From assembly GCA_963842085.1 (NCBI GenBank), contig CAWJET010000002.1, forward strand, positions 1,280,001 to 1,344,000: a stretch of DNA of 64,000 bases, in the 5' to 3' direction. Source of the DNA: an uncultured delta proteobacterium (GTDB lineage Bacteria > Desulfobacterota > Binatia > Binatales > Binataceae). The notes under the pieces are model-generated. The model saw nothing but the letters and a program-made list of their open reading frames with translations, did not search any database and was not told the origin of the DNA. The translations under genes and the position numbers were made by a program. Positions 20,681 to 31,809 of this stretch are shown here, piece by piece; within the stretch, counting starts at the first letter, position 1, and every line of letters starts with the position of its first letter.

Positions 20681-21664
20681 ATGCGACCGGTAAAGTTCAA
20701 TGTTGGACTACCCAACGGCGATTTTGCAAACATCTCAACCTTTGCCAAGCGCGCCGAAGAGCTCGGCTATTATTCGATTTCGATCGACGACCACTTTTTC
20801 ATGCGAAACATGTTCGGAACTCCGGACCTGCCGCATCTCGAGTGCTACACGGTGCTTGCGGCCCTCGCGACGGCGACCCGAACGATTCGGCTTGCGCCGC
20901 TGGTCACCGCGATGTCGTATCGCACGCCCCAGCTGCTCGCGAAGATTATCGCCACGCTGGATAACATCTCCGGGGGCCGACTGATTGCAGGGCTCGGCGC
21001 GGGTTGGTTCAAGGAAGAGTACGATGCCTACAACTATCCATACCCGTCGAATGCTGAGCGGATGGAACAACTCGCCGACGGCATTAAGGTGCTGAAGGCG
21101 ATGTGGACCCAGGAGGCCGCGACTTACTCCGGCCGCTTTTTCAAAGTTCAGAAAGCTTTCTGCAATCCCAAGCCAGTGCAGAAACCCTACCCGCCGATCA
21201 TGATCGGCGGCGGTGGCAAGCGGATTCTGCAGATTGCCGCCCAGGAAGCTGACATCCTGAATCTGAACCCACCCGTAACCGAGGGCGTGGTCAATCTCAC
21301 CGAGGCGTTCAAGTTCGACAAGCCCGAGGTCAAGCGCCGGATCGCGATGGTCAAGGAGTTCGTGAAGGCCGCGGGCCGCCAGCCCGACGCTCTGGAGATT
21401 TCGGGTGGCGGCTTCGTCATCGCAGCGAAGGACAAAGCGACCGCCGATGTGATGATCTTGGCGACCGCGCAGGCGGTCGGAATCGCCGACGTCGAGGCGG
21501 CGCGAAACTCACCGCTGGTACTGGCCGGCACTTTCGAAGACCTCAAGCGCGAGCTCGCATGGCGGGTGGAGAACTTCGAGATGACCTATTACTTCCTGAA
21601 CTTCCAATCGGTCGACGCGATGGAGACGTTCGCAAAGGAAGTAATGCCGTCGTTCGCGCGCTGA
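20681..21664 (+). CDS. LLM-class flavin/F420-dependent oxidoreductase
   Basis: AEELGY..IDDHF, LDNISGGRLIAGLGAGW, PKPVQ..PPIMIGGGG; AAGGAG RBS. Confidence 0.92.
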   Translation: MRPVKFNVGLPNGDFANISTFAKRAEELGYYSISIDDHFFMRNMFGTPDLPHLECYTVLAALATATRTIRLAPLVTAMSYRTPQLLAKIIATLDNISGGRLIAGLGAGWFKEEYDAYNYPYPSNAERMEQLADGIKVLKAMWTQEAATYSGRFFKVQKAFCNPKPVQKPYPPIMIGGGGKRILQIAAQEADILNLNPPVTEGVVNLTEAFKFDKPEVKRRIAMVKEFVKAAGRQPDALEISGGGFVIAAKDKATADVMILATAQAVGIADVEAARNSPLVLAGTFEDLKRELAWRVENFEMTYYFLNFQSVDAMETFAKEVMPSFAR

Positions 21665-21670
21665 GGCTCT

Positions 21671-21730
21671 TACGATGATGGTGGCGTCCACGATGATTCC
21701 CGAGCGCAGCAACAGCCCGCGCTCTTCGGG
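21671..21730 (-). pseudogene. Tiny IS5-family transposase fragment
   Basis: EERGLLLRSGIIVDATII resembles the IS5 first-Asp motif. Confidence 0.5.
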
Positions 21731-22094
21731 AGCCCAGAGGGCTAACGACCGAGCGCGGATTGCGACTCCGACGATACAAGATGTTGCGGAAGTCGAGGCC
21801 CCGGCGACACAGGGGGGGCGAACCAGATAATACGGCATCGCTAGAGCTCTTGTGGGTATTCGCGTCACGCACAGTTGACACAGCAGCACGCGATAAGAAA
21901 AATAACGGCTTAGTCGAAGCGGCGCTTAGTGCCTGCGCGTCTGTACGTCGTCGTCGGTACATCGTAGGTTCCTCAGCCTGACGTTTTCTTCTTACCTGGA
22001 ATCCTGTTTGCCGCCGGACCAGGGGCTTTTGCTGGGTTGCGCCGTCGCCTTCTTGGATGGGCGGGTTGGACCGAAGATCCGTGCGAGCAATTAA

Positions 22095-23198
22095 ATGTCG
22101 CGGCCACGGAACAATCTAGAGGAAATCTTGCTCAGACACTTCTGGGCGTCGGAGCGGGATATCAAGCAGGCACGCCGATGCCGCAAACCCGGACAGAGCC
22201 TCGTCGATGCTCTGATAGAGACCGGATCGGTCAGCTCGCGGCATTTGGCGGGCGCACTGGCCCGCATGTATCGGCTTCCGTTCCAGGCGGAAGTAGATGA
22301 AGCCGCAATTGATAAGGCGCTACTCACGAGAATTTCAATTAAGTACGCGCAACGGAACCGGATCCTGCCGTTTGGAATCGATGGAACGAGTCTTATCGTC
22401 GCGATCGCCGATCCCTCAAATTACCATGCGCCCGATGACCTCAGTGTCCTTTTTTGCCTACCCGTGCACTCAATCGTGGTGCCCTTCGATCTCCTCGACC
22501 ACCTCATCGCCCGCTCCTATGATGCCGTTTTCAATGATCGGATTACTCTGACGGCACAGGGCCCAATCACCGTCCTCGATGAGCAGGAACTCGAGGCTGT
22601 GGCGGGCGAGTTTTTCCAGCAACCATTCGATGAAATACTCGAAGAAGATCCTCGGTTAATCAGGCTGGTTAACGCTCTCTTCCGGAGAGCAATCAACGAA
22701 CACGCCAGCCAAATCCTGATCGAACCCGGCGAGCAGAATCTGCTGGTGCGCTTCCGGACCGAAGCGGCTCCATACAACGTGATGTCAGCTCCAAAGTGCC
22801 TGGCACCCGCCTTTGTCTCGCGTATCAAGGCCATGGCAGGACTGAAAATGACAGAGGGGCGAAATCCGCTGGAGGGTGACATTCGGCTGTGCATCGCGGG
22901 ACGCATTATGTGTGCACGCCTCTCCCTCTACTCTGAGTCATGTGTCGAACAAGTGATCGTGCGACTTGACAAACGTCCCCAGCAGCATTTGCTTGGCGTA
23001 ATCGATGACTTTGCAGATGCTGTATGGGGACTGGCAACGAATGGGAACGGAGTCTTGAAGCCCCTAGCTTGTTCACAATGCGGTGCGTCGATTGTGGTTG
23101 CCGCCGCGGTGTTCTGCAAAAATTGCGGAGCGCGGGTGAGGGACACATCCGGTTCGGCTAAAACCTGTGGTCCGCAAAAACGTTTCGCTTCGACTTGA
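22095..23198 (+). CDS. GspE/PilB N-terminal domains fused to a zinc ribbon; no ATPase domain
   Basis: ILPF..LIVAIADP, IRLVNAL..AI..HASQILIEP, SRIKAMAGL, then CSQCG..FCKNCGA; no Walker A. Confidence 0.75.
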   Translation: MSRPRNNLEEILLRHFWASERDIKQARRCRKPGQSLVDALIETGSVSSRHLAGALARMYRLPFQAEVDEAAIDKALLTRISIKYAQRNRILPFGIDGTSLIVAIADPSNYHAPDDLSVLFCLPVHSIVVPFDLLDHLIARSYDAVFNDRITLTAQGPITVLDEQELEAVAGEFFQQPFDEILEEDPRLIRLVNALFRRAINEHASQILIEPGEQNLLVRFRTEAAPYNVMSAPKCLAPAFVSRIKAMAGLKMTEGRNPLEGDIRLCIAGRIMCARLSLYSESCVEQVIVRLDKRPQQHLLGVIDDFADAVWGLATNGNGVLKPLACSQCGASIVVAAAVFCKNCGARVRDTSGSAKTCGPQKRFAST

Positions 23199-23479
23199 AG
23201 CCCGCATAGCTTTTAGCGATTTTACGGATACAGGGTCGACGACGGGGGGGCTTCTTGCATCATGAGCAGAGGGCTTAGTTGGCTGAGGATCCTGGGTGAT
23301 CTAGTCGACTTTCTCTTTCTCGGCTTGCGCTCCAGAACTTCGCTCGCGAGAATCTGTTCCTGCGCAAGCAACTCGCATTCTATCTATAACAACGCTGAGA
23401 AACGCTGGACTGGCAGTGTTCACCGACTAAACCCAATTCCCTTATAGCTCACGCGCGGCGAAAATCTGACTCGCCATAG

Positions 23480-23919
23480 CTATTCTGAAGAGTCGGTTTG
23501 CGATGGAGAGACACGAAACAGGTGAGACCTGTCGTAGCACGACGCTTTTGCGAGCGCATTAGCTTTCTCAGGTGTGATATCTGAAGCGGCATAAGCCTCT
23601 GTCACTATCGTGCGCATTATGCTTCTGCCATGCTCGGTAAATTCGGGATTCGTGTTGATGTCGCTGATTTCTTTCTGCTCTGGAACGCCACTATGGGCGG
23701 CCACCACAATGCTCCCAGCGTACGTGCCGAATCCTCACATGTATGAGGTACTTTGTCCGGGTCGCGAGCGGGCATGGCTGGTGTCGCCGCCATCGCAGCG
23801 CGAAACCGCGCAGCGAAGTCTGCCGATACCGATGGGGCCGCGTCCGCTTGGCACCTCGCTGGGACGGCGAGACCTAGGACGAGCATCAAGGTCATCGGTG
23901 ATATGATCCGCGTACGCAT
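23480..23919 (-). pseudogene. Probable frameshifted secreted protein
   Basis: Signal peptide MRTRIISPMTLMLVLGLAVPARC; protein-like sequence continues in another frame near 23700. Confidence 0.4.
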
Positions 23920-24281
23920 TTTGGTTGGATTTCCCGGTCGAGCAGGACCGTATTCTGCTCTATCGCCCGCCTTATCGACTTTTTCGCCCTGATGGGAGCC
24001 GGACTTCAGCCACCCTCCATTCACGGCGATATACTACCAGATTTTGAAATTACCAGTGATTTTCGGCAGGGTTCAGACAATACGCTAGGAGCGCGTGATG
24101 CGGCTGTTCGCCAAATCGAATTGTGCGCGCTGCACTGCCAAATCGTCATCGAGCGCTTGGTATTTGTCAACGGCGAAACGATGATTCGATGTTTAGACGA
24201 TTCGTCGTGTCGTCGTTGTCGAGGACAGCAGCACCCGCTATTCTGTCTTGCCAGTCGTCAACGTCTTACCCGGATGCGCCG

Positions 24282-24875
24282 ATGCCACAACGTGATAAGA
24301 GCCGCCACTGGTTAGGCGAGCTATTTCCAAAAGTCGCCGTCCGTGTGGGGCGCACGCCCGAAGAGCGCCTGGCTTGGCTGCTCGAGTTTGCCGAGCGGCG
24401 GTCGGATGTGAGGGGTCAGACCGTTGACTCCGAGGAGCTGCTCGCGGAGATCGCGGCCTTCGCGATCGCCGAGGGCTGGCACACGCGACTCGATGCCCGG
24501 CCCTCGTTGAGCCGAAGCGATGTCGAACAGCTGATTCTCGACGTACGCGGCGGCCTCCGTAACCTCACCGCGGACCCGCCGCGCCCGTGGGAGTTCCGAA
24601 CGGCCGGCCGCAACCTGACGTGGTCCGTCCAGCGCGATCCCGTCGGTCGCGCGATCGTATTTCAGAGCGGCGACCTGGCCGACGTCTTCATCTGGCAGGC
24701 TCATCGGCTTGTTACGCTTGCGCTCGAGGCGCTTGGTGCGTGTAGACGCTGCAGCCGGCTGTTCGTAATTCGGCGCCGGGGCCAAGTCTACTGCTCGAAC
24801 ACTTGCTCGCAAGCCGTGCGCAATGCGCGTTTCCAGGCCGCGCGAGGCGGCATCGGCCGAGCGAACCACAAATGA
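24282..24875 (+). CDS. CGNR-like zinc-finger protein
   Basis: C-terminal CRRCSRLFV..RRGQVYCSNTCSQAVRNARF. Confidence 0.7.
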   Translation: MPQRDKSRHWLGELFPKVAVRVGRTPEERLAWLLEFAERRSDVRGQTVDSEELLAEIAAFAIAEGWHTRLDARPSLSRSDVEQLILDVRGGLRNLTADPPRPWEFRTAGRNLTWSVQRDPVGRAIVFQSGDLADVFIWQAHRLVTLALEALGACRRCSRLFVIRRRGQVYCSNTCSQAVRNARFQAARGGIGRANHK

Positions 24876-25463
24876 TCCGAGGCATTTGTGCGTGCTGAAA
24901 ATTCCGAATGCGGTGTGGTTCGCCGCACAGGTTGTCTATCCTCGCTGGAAACATCCAGTGAATGGAAACCTCATCGCGTGTGACGCAATGAAGCTTTGAA
25001 CGGCGCCGCGTCGCCGCGCACCGAGCTCCATCACACGCGCTGCGAGGCTTCGAGCCGCGGAGATCCCACCGCTAGGTCGTAGCGCAGCCAGCCGGCCTTG
25101 GCCGGTTCTTACCCCCTCATTCCATCGGCTTCTGTCGGACAAAGGAAAATGGCAGAGATTGGCCGTTTTCGGACCGAACGAGCCGAACCGAGGGTTCGAA
25201 TCCGCCCCGCTCCGACAGCCAGTCCGCGATTTCTGCGTTCTCTGCAGAAAAAATGATGATAGTTCGCATTTTCGCGCACTTTCTTCGACCTGAGGGCACC
25301 GGAGAAGATTAGTTTTGGCCATTAGCCTATGACTAACTCCCGATTCTCTCTGTCGAGAACCGAGCCGTTGTCCTTTGCCCCATCATCCGCCCACATCGCC
25401 AGTTGCGTTACCGATGCGCGCGATCTATATCCCAAGAAAATCAAGAAAGCGGAGGACGGAACC

Positions 25464-25871
25464 ATGGCGCTCAAGGGCGGATGCCTCTGTGGAAATGTCC
25501 GGTATGAGATCGACATGAAGCCCGGCGAGGGTCAGGCGGCCAACTGTCACTGTTCGATGTGCCGCAAACAGACTGGCGCAGCTTTCTTTCCTGCGATGGT
25601 GGTGCCGGCGAAGAAGCTCAAGTGGATCAAAGGCGAGAACCAGACAGGACGCTACAAGTCATCGGCTGAGGGCGTGCGTTTCTTCTGCAAGAACTGCGGC
25701 TCGACACTGGGTGCCGGATCAGGCGATCCGAACGGTGATTTCTACCTGGCTATGGGCACGCTTGAAAACGATCCTGGGATCAAGCCCTCGAGCCACATGT
25801 TCGCCGGCTCCAAGGCCCCTTGGTACGACATCGCCGACAAGCAGCCACAGTTCAAGGAGTTCCCAAGCTGA
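25464..25871 (+). CDS. GFA/CENP-V family protein
   Basis: GGCLCG, CHCSMCRK, FCKNCGS, SKAPW; GGAGG RBS. Confidence 0.93.
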   Translation: MALKGGCLCGNVRYEIDMKPGEGQAANCHCSMCRKQTGAAFFPAMVVPAKKLKWIKGENQTGRYKSSAEGVRFFCKNCGSTLGAGSGDPNGDFYLAMGTLENDPGIKPSSHMFAGSKAPWYDIADKQPQFKEFPS

Positions 25872-25951
25872 GGCCGGACCTCCGAATCGCCAGTAGCTCT
25901 TTCCGGAAGACAGTCCGCCAATCCCGCGATCGTGTTCTTTTGAGGCATCGT

Positions 25952-26653
25952 ATGGGCAGTGTCCTCAATGATCAGAAGCTCGAGGAGTTGATAGATCGCT
26001 TGCATCGTCAGAGCGCGGACCAGGTCCCCGGCATCGCAGAATATTTTGGACGCAGTTCTCCCGAAGGTGGGCCTGTCAAGCTGGACGAAGACGAGATCAG
26101 GAAATTCCTAAGCGACAAGCTAGTCGCGCTTGAACGCGACAAGGCGGAGTTCTGCTATCTGCTCTGCCGTGCTCTTAATGCGAAGAGGATCGTCGAAGTA
26201 GGTACGTCATATGGCGTCTCGACGCTCTATCTTGCGGCCGCATTACGCGACAATCTGCGTCTGACCGATCAGAAGGGCGTTGTGATCGCGACCGAGTATG
26301 AGCCGAACAAAGCGAGTGCCGCGCGCGCCAACTTTGCCAAGGCAGGGCTCTCAGACTTCATCGACCTGCGCGAGGGCGATTTGCGCGAGACGTTGAAAGA
26401 CGTCCGCGGTAGCGTTGATTTTGCTTTGATGGATATCTGGCCGCAGATGGCGCGTCCCGCGCTCGAGCTCATCGCTCCGCGTTTGCGTGCTGGGTCCGTG
26501 ATCATTTGCGACAATACCAAAGATTATCGCGATACTCCCGCATACATCCCAAACTACCGCGACTATTTCGAGTTCATCTCCGACCCGGCGAACCGCTTCA
26601 ACACTATGACGTTGCCGTTCCAGGGCGGTTTGGAACTAACCATCAGACTCTAG
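25952..26653 (+). CDS. SAM-dependent O-methyltransferase
   Basis: IVEVGTSYGVSTLYLA, REGDLRETL, ALMDIW, ICDN. Confidence 0.9.
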   Translation: MGSVLNDQKLEELIDRLHRQSADQVPGIAEYFGRSSPEGGPVKLDEDEIRKFLSDKLVALERDKAEFCYLLCRALNAKRIVEVGTSYGVSTLYLAAALRDNLRLTDQKGVVIATEYEPNKASAARANFAKAGLSDFIDLREGDLRETLKDVRGSVDFALMDIWPQMARPALELIAPRLRAGSVIICDNTKDYRDTPAYIPNYRDYFEFISDPANRFNTMTLPFQGGLELTIRL

Positions 26654-26926
26654 TCGGTGTGCCGCCCCGCCGCGACGACGCAGCCGGGCGGCCCGAGGAA
26701 TCCCAGATGAAGCTTTCAGCCACGCGAAGACGGTAACAGCAGAAGCAGGGATCGAACAACAGAAGCAGGGATCGAACAACGCAAAATCTCGAATGTGAGT
26801 TCCCAGGGGAATGCTTGCCGGACTGAATCCCGGCTATCTAGCTGGAGCAATTGGCGGTCGCGGCTCAACAGGCTGGGGAAAGAACCCCGAATAGTCACAA
26901 ATGTTTCTTTCATCCCTAGCGCGGCG

Positions 26927-27298
26927 CTACGTGGCCAATTCCTCGAGCAGCGCCTTGGCGTCCTTCAGGTCGGCGGTGTCGAAGCCTTCGGTGAACCAGT
27001 TGTAGATGTCCGCGAGCATCGCGTGCGCCTCGTCGCGCTTGTGCTGTTTCGCGAGCAGGCGCGCGAGACTCGTCGTCGCGCGCAGCTCGAAAAGTTTCGC
27101 GCTCTGTCTGCGAGCTGCTTCGATTGCCGACCTGAATGATCGCCCGGCTTCCAAGTAGTTGCCTTCATCTTGCACGAGCAAGGCCTCGCCGCTGAGGCGC
27201 CAAAGTTCGGCTTCCATCCGCCGTTCTCCGACCTTGTTCGCAGTTGCCAATCCGCGTTGCGCCCACATGAGAGCCTCAGCGGCAAGTTCTCCCCTCAA
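26927..27298 (-). pseudogene. C-terminal TPR fragment of an adenylate cyclase/AAA-ATPase protein
   Basis: EAELWRL.GE...ELRATTSLARL...YNWFTEGFDTADLKDAKALLEEL. Confidence 0.85.
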
Positions 27299-27330
27299 GT
27301 AAGAGTCCGATAGGACGAAACAATGGAACG

Positions 27331-27381
27331 TGTGTGTGGCGAATTGCTGATTTTGGGAAAATTAGTAATTCGCCACACACA
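27331..27381. repeat. 51-bp palindrome; one arm recurs near 17899
   Basis: TGTGTGTGGCGAATTGCTGATTTT-GGG-AAAATTAGTAATTCGCCACACACA. Confidence 0.75.
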
Positions 27382-27492
27382 GGTATTTTCGTCCACTTTG
27401 CGCTGATGCTTCCCACGCTCGTCTCTCTCGACACACCGATCGGTGATCGTCGTGATTGTTGCTGATTTTTGTTGGCAAGTGTCGCGATGGGG

Positions 27493-28113
27493 TCAGAAAC
27501 CCATCCGGCGCTCGCCTTCAGGAGCGTGCGGGGAGCAATGGAAGTGCCACATCTTCCAGACCGGGTTGCCCTGGTGATCTTCGCGGACGAACACCTCGGT
27601 GGTGCGAAACGGAATTCGCATCACACTGCCCGGCCCGCTGAGCAGCGACGATTCAGAATCCGAACTTGGCAGCACTTTGACCGTGAAAGTCGACTCCGCG
27701 GTCAGAAATGCCATATCGCCGCGAATGATCAGCCTCATGTCTCGCGGCTCAGCCATCGCCGGCTCACCCGCGTCGCTCTCCGATAGCGGCGTCATCACGT
27801 GACCGAGGTATTTCCAGAGCTGCACCCATTCATCGATCGCGTAATAAGTGTGACCATTGAGGTTGAAGCCATGAAACTTGTCGCCGCCGACAAATGCCTC
27901 GCACATCATCGCGATGCTGAAATTGCGATTCGCGTCCCACCACTTCCTGGAAACGGTGAGAATCTCCTTGCGATCCTTTTCGACATCGCGCAGCGGGTCG
28001 CGTGCCGCGGGTTTCGCGATCCTGTGAGCTTTCGGCCGTTTCGAAGGCTTCGCGCGCTTTACGACTTTCGTCGGTTTGAACGCTTTTCCCTTCTTTCTGG
28101 GCTTCAATGCCAT
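27493..28113 (-). CDS. NTF2/SnoaL-like protein with Lys-rich N-terminus
   Basis: WWDAN, FNLNGHTY, IRGDMAFL, RTTEVFVRED..WKMWHFHCS. Confidence 0.75.
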   Translation of the reverse strand: MALKPRKKGKAFKPTKVVKRAKPSKRPKAHRIAKPAARDPLRDVEKDRKEILTVSRKWWDANRNFSIAMMCEAFVGGDKFHGFNLNGHTYYAIDEWVQLWKYLGHVMTPLSESDAGEPAMAEPRDMRLIIRGDMAFLTAESTFTVKVLPSSDSESSLLSGPGSVMRIPFRTTEVFVREDHQGNPVWKMWHFHCSPHAPEGERRMGF

Positions 28114-28512
28114 CTCCACTTCCGCGATTGAGGCCGACTATCCCTATTTCAAATCGACATCCGGCGTCTTCTCCGGCGAGCCTTACTACGTTCGATGGGG
28201 GTTCGACAAGCCGCGCGTATTCGCGCGGCGATGAGATTGCGAGGGTAGTTGCAACAGCGAGACTTAGCTTTTTCGTGACCACTAATCTGCATCAACATCG
28301 GACTCGGATATCAATCTGTTCGTGTTCCATCAGCGTCCGCTTCGTACTCAATGACAACATCGAGTCGATTCAAGCCGCTTGAATTTCGGGAAGTCGCGTC
28401 GAAGTGTTCGCCTCCACGATGACTCACTTCTCACGAGTTGCGACAACCATTCGTGCCCGCGGCCGCCCTTTGCGACCATCTCCATCGGCCCAGCGCCGGA
28501 GCCGGGTCGGGA

Positions 28513-30382
28513 TCAGGGAATCGGACAGCTGCGTGCCAACGCGAACCTTGCTGAGAGCATTTTGCCCTGACCTAAGCTGAAGTCGTATTTGAAGCGAACA
28601 TCGTAGGAACCATTTTCGAAGATGGGACCCAGAAATTGTAGTGTGCGACCCGGGTCGAGGTCGAGATAGTACGGGGCGTTGTTGAACTGTCCGCCGCTCG
28701 CGGGATGACGCGTTACGGCGACGCTGCCGGCGGTCGGTCGGCCTTGGTAATCGATTACCGCAACAATCATTCCATCGGTGCGGTAGCGCGTTGTAGGACA
28801 CCCGTCGGTTCCTGTGATCGTCGATTCCGGCCGGAAGCTTCGCTCGCGACCCCTGTCCGGTCACCGAGCCGTCCACAAACGCGAACCCGGTCAGGCTGGC
28901 GTTCGCGTCGGCGCTGGCAGAGAAGGACCGTGTCGCATCAGACACCTGCATCAACGGATATTTCATGTTGATCGTCAGATTCAGCGTGCCGGTTCTGTAG
29001 GGAAACTTCGCCGCGTCGTAGCTGGGTAGTCCGAAGGGAGCGTTGGGGTTATTCGATAGTCCAACGCCCTCGCGCGGAGTGCCGTTCGGGTTCAGCTCGA
29101 GCACATGGGTGCTGTCCTCGTCGTGAAACACCAGGATCGCGTAAGATCCGGGGTCTTGACTCTCGAAGTCACATGCGGCGCGTCGATTGGTGATCGTCGA
29201 CGCAGTGCTCGCAGCGTTCCCGTCGGTGTTCGAGGGGAAGTTTTGGGCCGACTGAAACAGCTGGCAATAGACCTGCCCCCGGTTGTTTCGCAGCCCTGCG
29301 ATTTCGACGTGGATCAGGTTGTCGGATTGACCTCCTTCCTCCTCTTGGTCGGAGTTGGAAAGTCTCGCGTCGTTTTGATCTGGCAACTCTGCTAGAACCA
29401 CACCCTCCTCGTCGAGGGCCGAATCGATGACCCATTCGGTGCCGAAGACCCCGATGCCACCGCCGGCATATGAGCCGCGGCCATACTTTTCGAGATGCGC
29501 GCTTTTGATCCGCATGCCGCGCAGCCCTTTCGCTCGCAGTTTGGCAACCGCGGCGGGCAGATCCATAAAGCTGGTAGGCAACGCGCGTTGATCGCGCGGA
29601 TCGGCGCTGGAGCCAGGCATCAACTCGCTGGCGGGCGAATTAGGCATAAAGGTGAGCGTCTGCTGCTGTCCGGGAGAGTAGAAGAGGAACTGCACCATCA
29701 CACCCCCCTCCGGGGACTGCGCGTTGCTGAGGTCGGAAGTCCGCTCCAACTGGATCGACGTCAGGAAGGCGTCGGGTTGCCATTTGCTGCGAACGTACGC
29801 GACTGCACGCTGCGCGATCGCCGGCACGTCGCCCATCGGCCATTGGATTTGCCCCGGAAGCACCTGGCTTGCGGCCGCGCTCCGCATTGGGGTCTCGGAC
29901 GAACTGCGGGTCCATTCGATATCGGCGCCGAGGGCGGTTCGGGTCGTCATATGTTTGCTGCCTTCGAGGCGAAACGCTCCGACCATCCCCGAGATGCTGC
30001 CTCCCATGATCATGAGCGTGCCGCTGTCCTTGCCGGTCACGTAAAGGTTCGGCGCAAAGGTGCCGTTTGGTGCGCTTGTGATCGTGCCCTGCTGACCCGT
30101 CAGCGGCATCGGGCACGAATCGCCGTAGGCGATCTGCCCCGTACCGCCAATTTCCATCACGCATTGCTGACGCTGGCCGCCCGGGTTGGAAATTTCCGCC
30201 TGCCATCGGCCCACGGTCGTATTCTTCGTCGACGCCGATGGCGCCGATGGATCAGACCCGGAATGGCACGCCCAGAGGCCGCCAGCGATCACGATCGCGA
30301 GACCAAAGCGTACGATCGCGCTCACTCGGGACGATCGGGGTCGGCGTAGGACTGAATGTGCGATGAACGCGTGATCTCTCAT
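28513..30382 (-). pseudogene. Secreted lipoprotein with DUF2141-like domain, frameshifted near 28810
   Basis: Lipobox-like LWAC; GLRNNRGQVYCQLF..PGSYAILVFHDED..PREGVGLSNN; protein-like tail continues in ORF 28513-28770. Confidence 0.6.
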
Positions 30383-30794
30383 TGTCGAGGTCCTCAGCTC
30401 CTGCGATAGCCGATGAGCGCCGCTCTCGGTCAGCGCCTTCAGAGACAGTAATCTTGTAGGCATTGAGAAATCTACGCCCGGTTCCGAAGCGAGTCGGCAT
30501 GGAGACCTCGGCGGCGGCGCGCGTAGTGCGGCTCACTTCTCGTAATGTCGAAGTCCTGAAGCAAATGATCCCGTTGACATCGAATCCATTCCGCTCCAGC
30601 AGCCAGTCCGCCGCTAACCAGATTCTCCGGGGACGCGTACGTGTACGGCGGGGAACTCCCGACGCCCGTCGTGGTCGCCCGACGGTCGCTACATCGCGTT
30701 CAGTTCGATTTGCGGCGGGCCGGTCGCGCATTCATTTATTGGCGGTGTAGATTGAAAGGATGCAACTACCAGTCTTTCGCGAGAGGAGGAAAGC

Positions 30795-31229
30795 ATGCAA
30801 AAGTTCCTGATCGTCTCACTCTTCGGTCTCACGGCACTGATCGGATTCTCAACTCGCGTCGTGGCCGAAGGCGCTCTGGCCATCGGCTCGACTGGTAACG
30901 TTGTGGCGGATGGAGTTGCAATCGGTGGAAGTGTTAACGATCCAACGCGCGAAGGGGCAATCGCGGCAGCACTTGAGAAGTGTCGTTCGCAACCCGACGT
31001 CCAGAAAGCAGCGGCGCGATGCAAGATCGTGCGGACGTTCACGGGGAAGTGTTACGCGGCAGCATTTGATCCCAAGTCCGGCACACCCGGCGCAGGCTGG
31101 GGGCTCGGACCGGACGTGGCGGACGCCACGAGACAGGCGATGACACATTGCCGGGCGACAGCGGGAAAGGATCGCGCGCAATTTTGTCGAATACAGGAAA
31201 ATATCACAGCCTGTGATCGACACAACTAA
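30795..31229 (+). CDS. Secreted DUF4189-like Cys-rich protein
   Basis: Signal peptide, GALAIG, ALEKC, CKIV..F..KCYAAA, terminal ACD; GAGGA RBS. Confidence 0.8.
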   Translation: MQKFLIVSLFGLTALIGFSTRVVAEGALAIGSTGNVVADGVAIGGSVNDPTREGAIAAALEKCRSQPDVQKAAARCKIVRTFTGKCYAAAFDPKSGTPGAGWGLGPDVADATRQAMTHCRATAGKDRAQFCRIQENITACDRHN

Positions 31230-31651
31230 CGCGAAAGTGACCCACTCGGTTGGGCTGGCGCTCGTCACTTCCGACAACTGCGACCGCGCACGTTATGTGG
31301 TGAAGCCCGGCTAAAACGGCCGGTCGCCGTTGATCGTCACTCGCTCCAGACGGCGTTCGGCGGCGCTGTTGTCGCCAAACGGCCCGATGCGTCGTGCATC
31401 TGTTGTCCTACATCGCGACGGAGTTCGCGCTCCAGCGAAAGCAGCAGGTGAAATGCGATCTCTGGGGTCCGGAGAATCGTTGAAGATCGCTGACTGGCTG
31501 GTGGATGGCGCAGTCTGACGCGAACTGCTCTCCGCGTCAAATTCCCTGATCATTAGGGAAAATAGAGGGAATTTTCGCGATTTTAGCCCTCATGGTGCCG
31601 GTTGCATCCTTAAAAGGCCTTGTCTCCTAAGGAATTTTTGTCCGAATTCCC

Positions 31652-31682
31652 TGTTCCCCGTCAGCACAAGTTGGACAGTTTT
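31652..31682 (+). mobile_element. Orphan IS3-family terminal repeat
   Basis: TGTTCCCCGTCAGCACAAGTTGGACAGTTT matches the IS end at 15723-15753 (reverse complement). Confidence 0.75.
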
Positions 31683-31809
31683 GAGCGACTCAGGAAAAGG
31701 ACTTGCAGACGAGCCAGGTGCGATCGGAGCCCTTGCTTCCCTTAATGCCGTCAATTGGAAGCTTGGCAAGTAGCGTTGCGGGCGAGTCGAGAGCGGTGAC
31801 CGCAGAGGG

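Noticed and set aside
25170-25224. tRNA gene
   Set aside because: Only a T-loop/3'-end-like segment; no D or anticodon arms could be folded.
26741-26780. CRISPR-like repeat
   Set aside because: Two adjacent 20-bp copies (AGAAGCAGGGATCGAACAAC) with no spacer and no cas genes; a simple tandem duplication. I saw no CRISPR array in the window.
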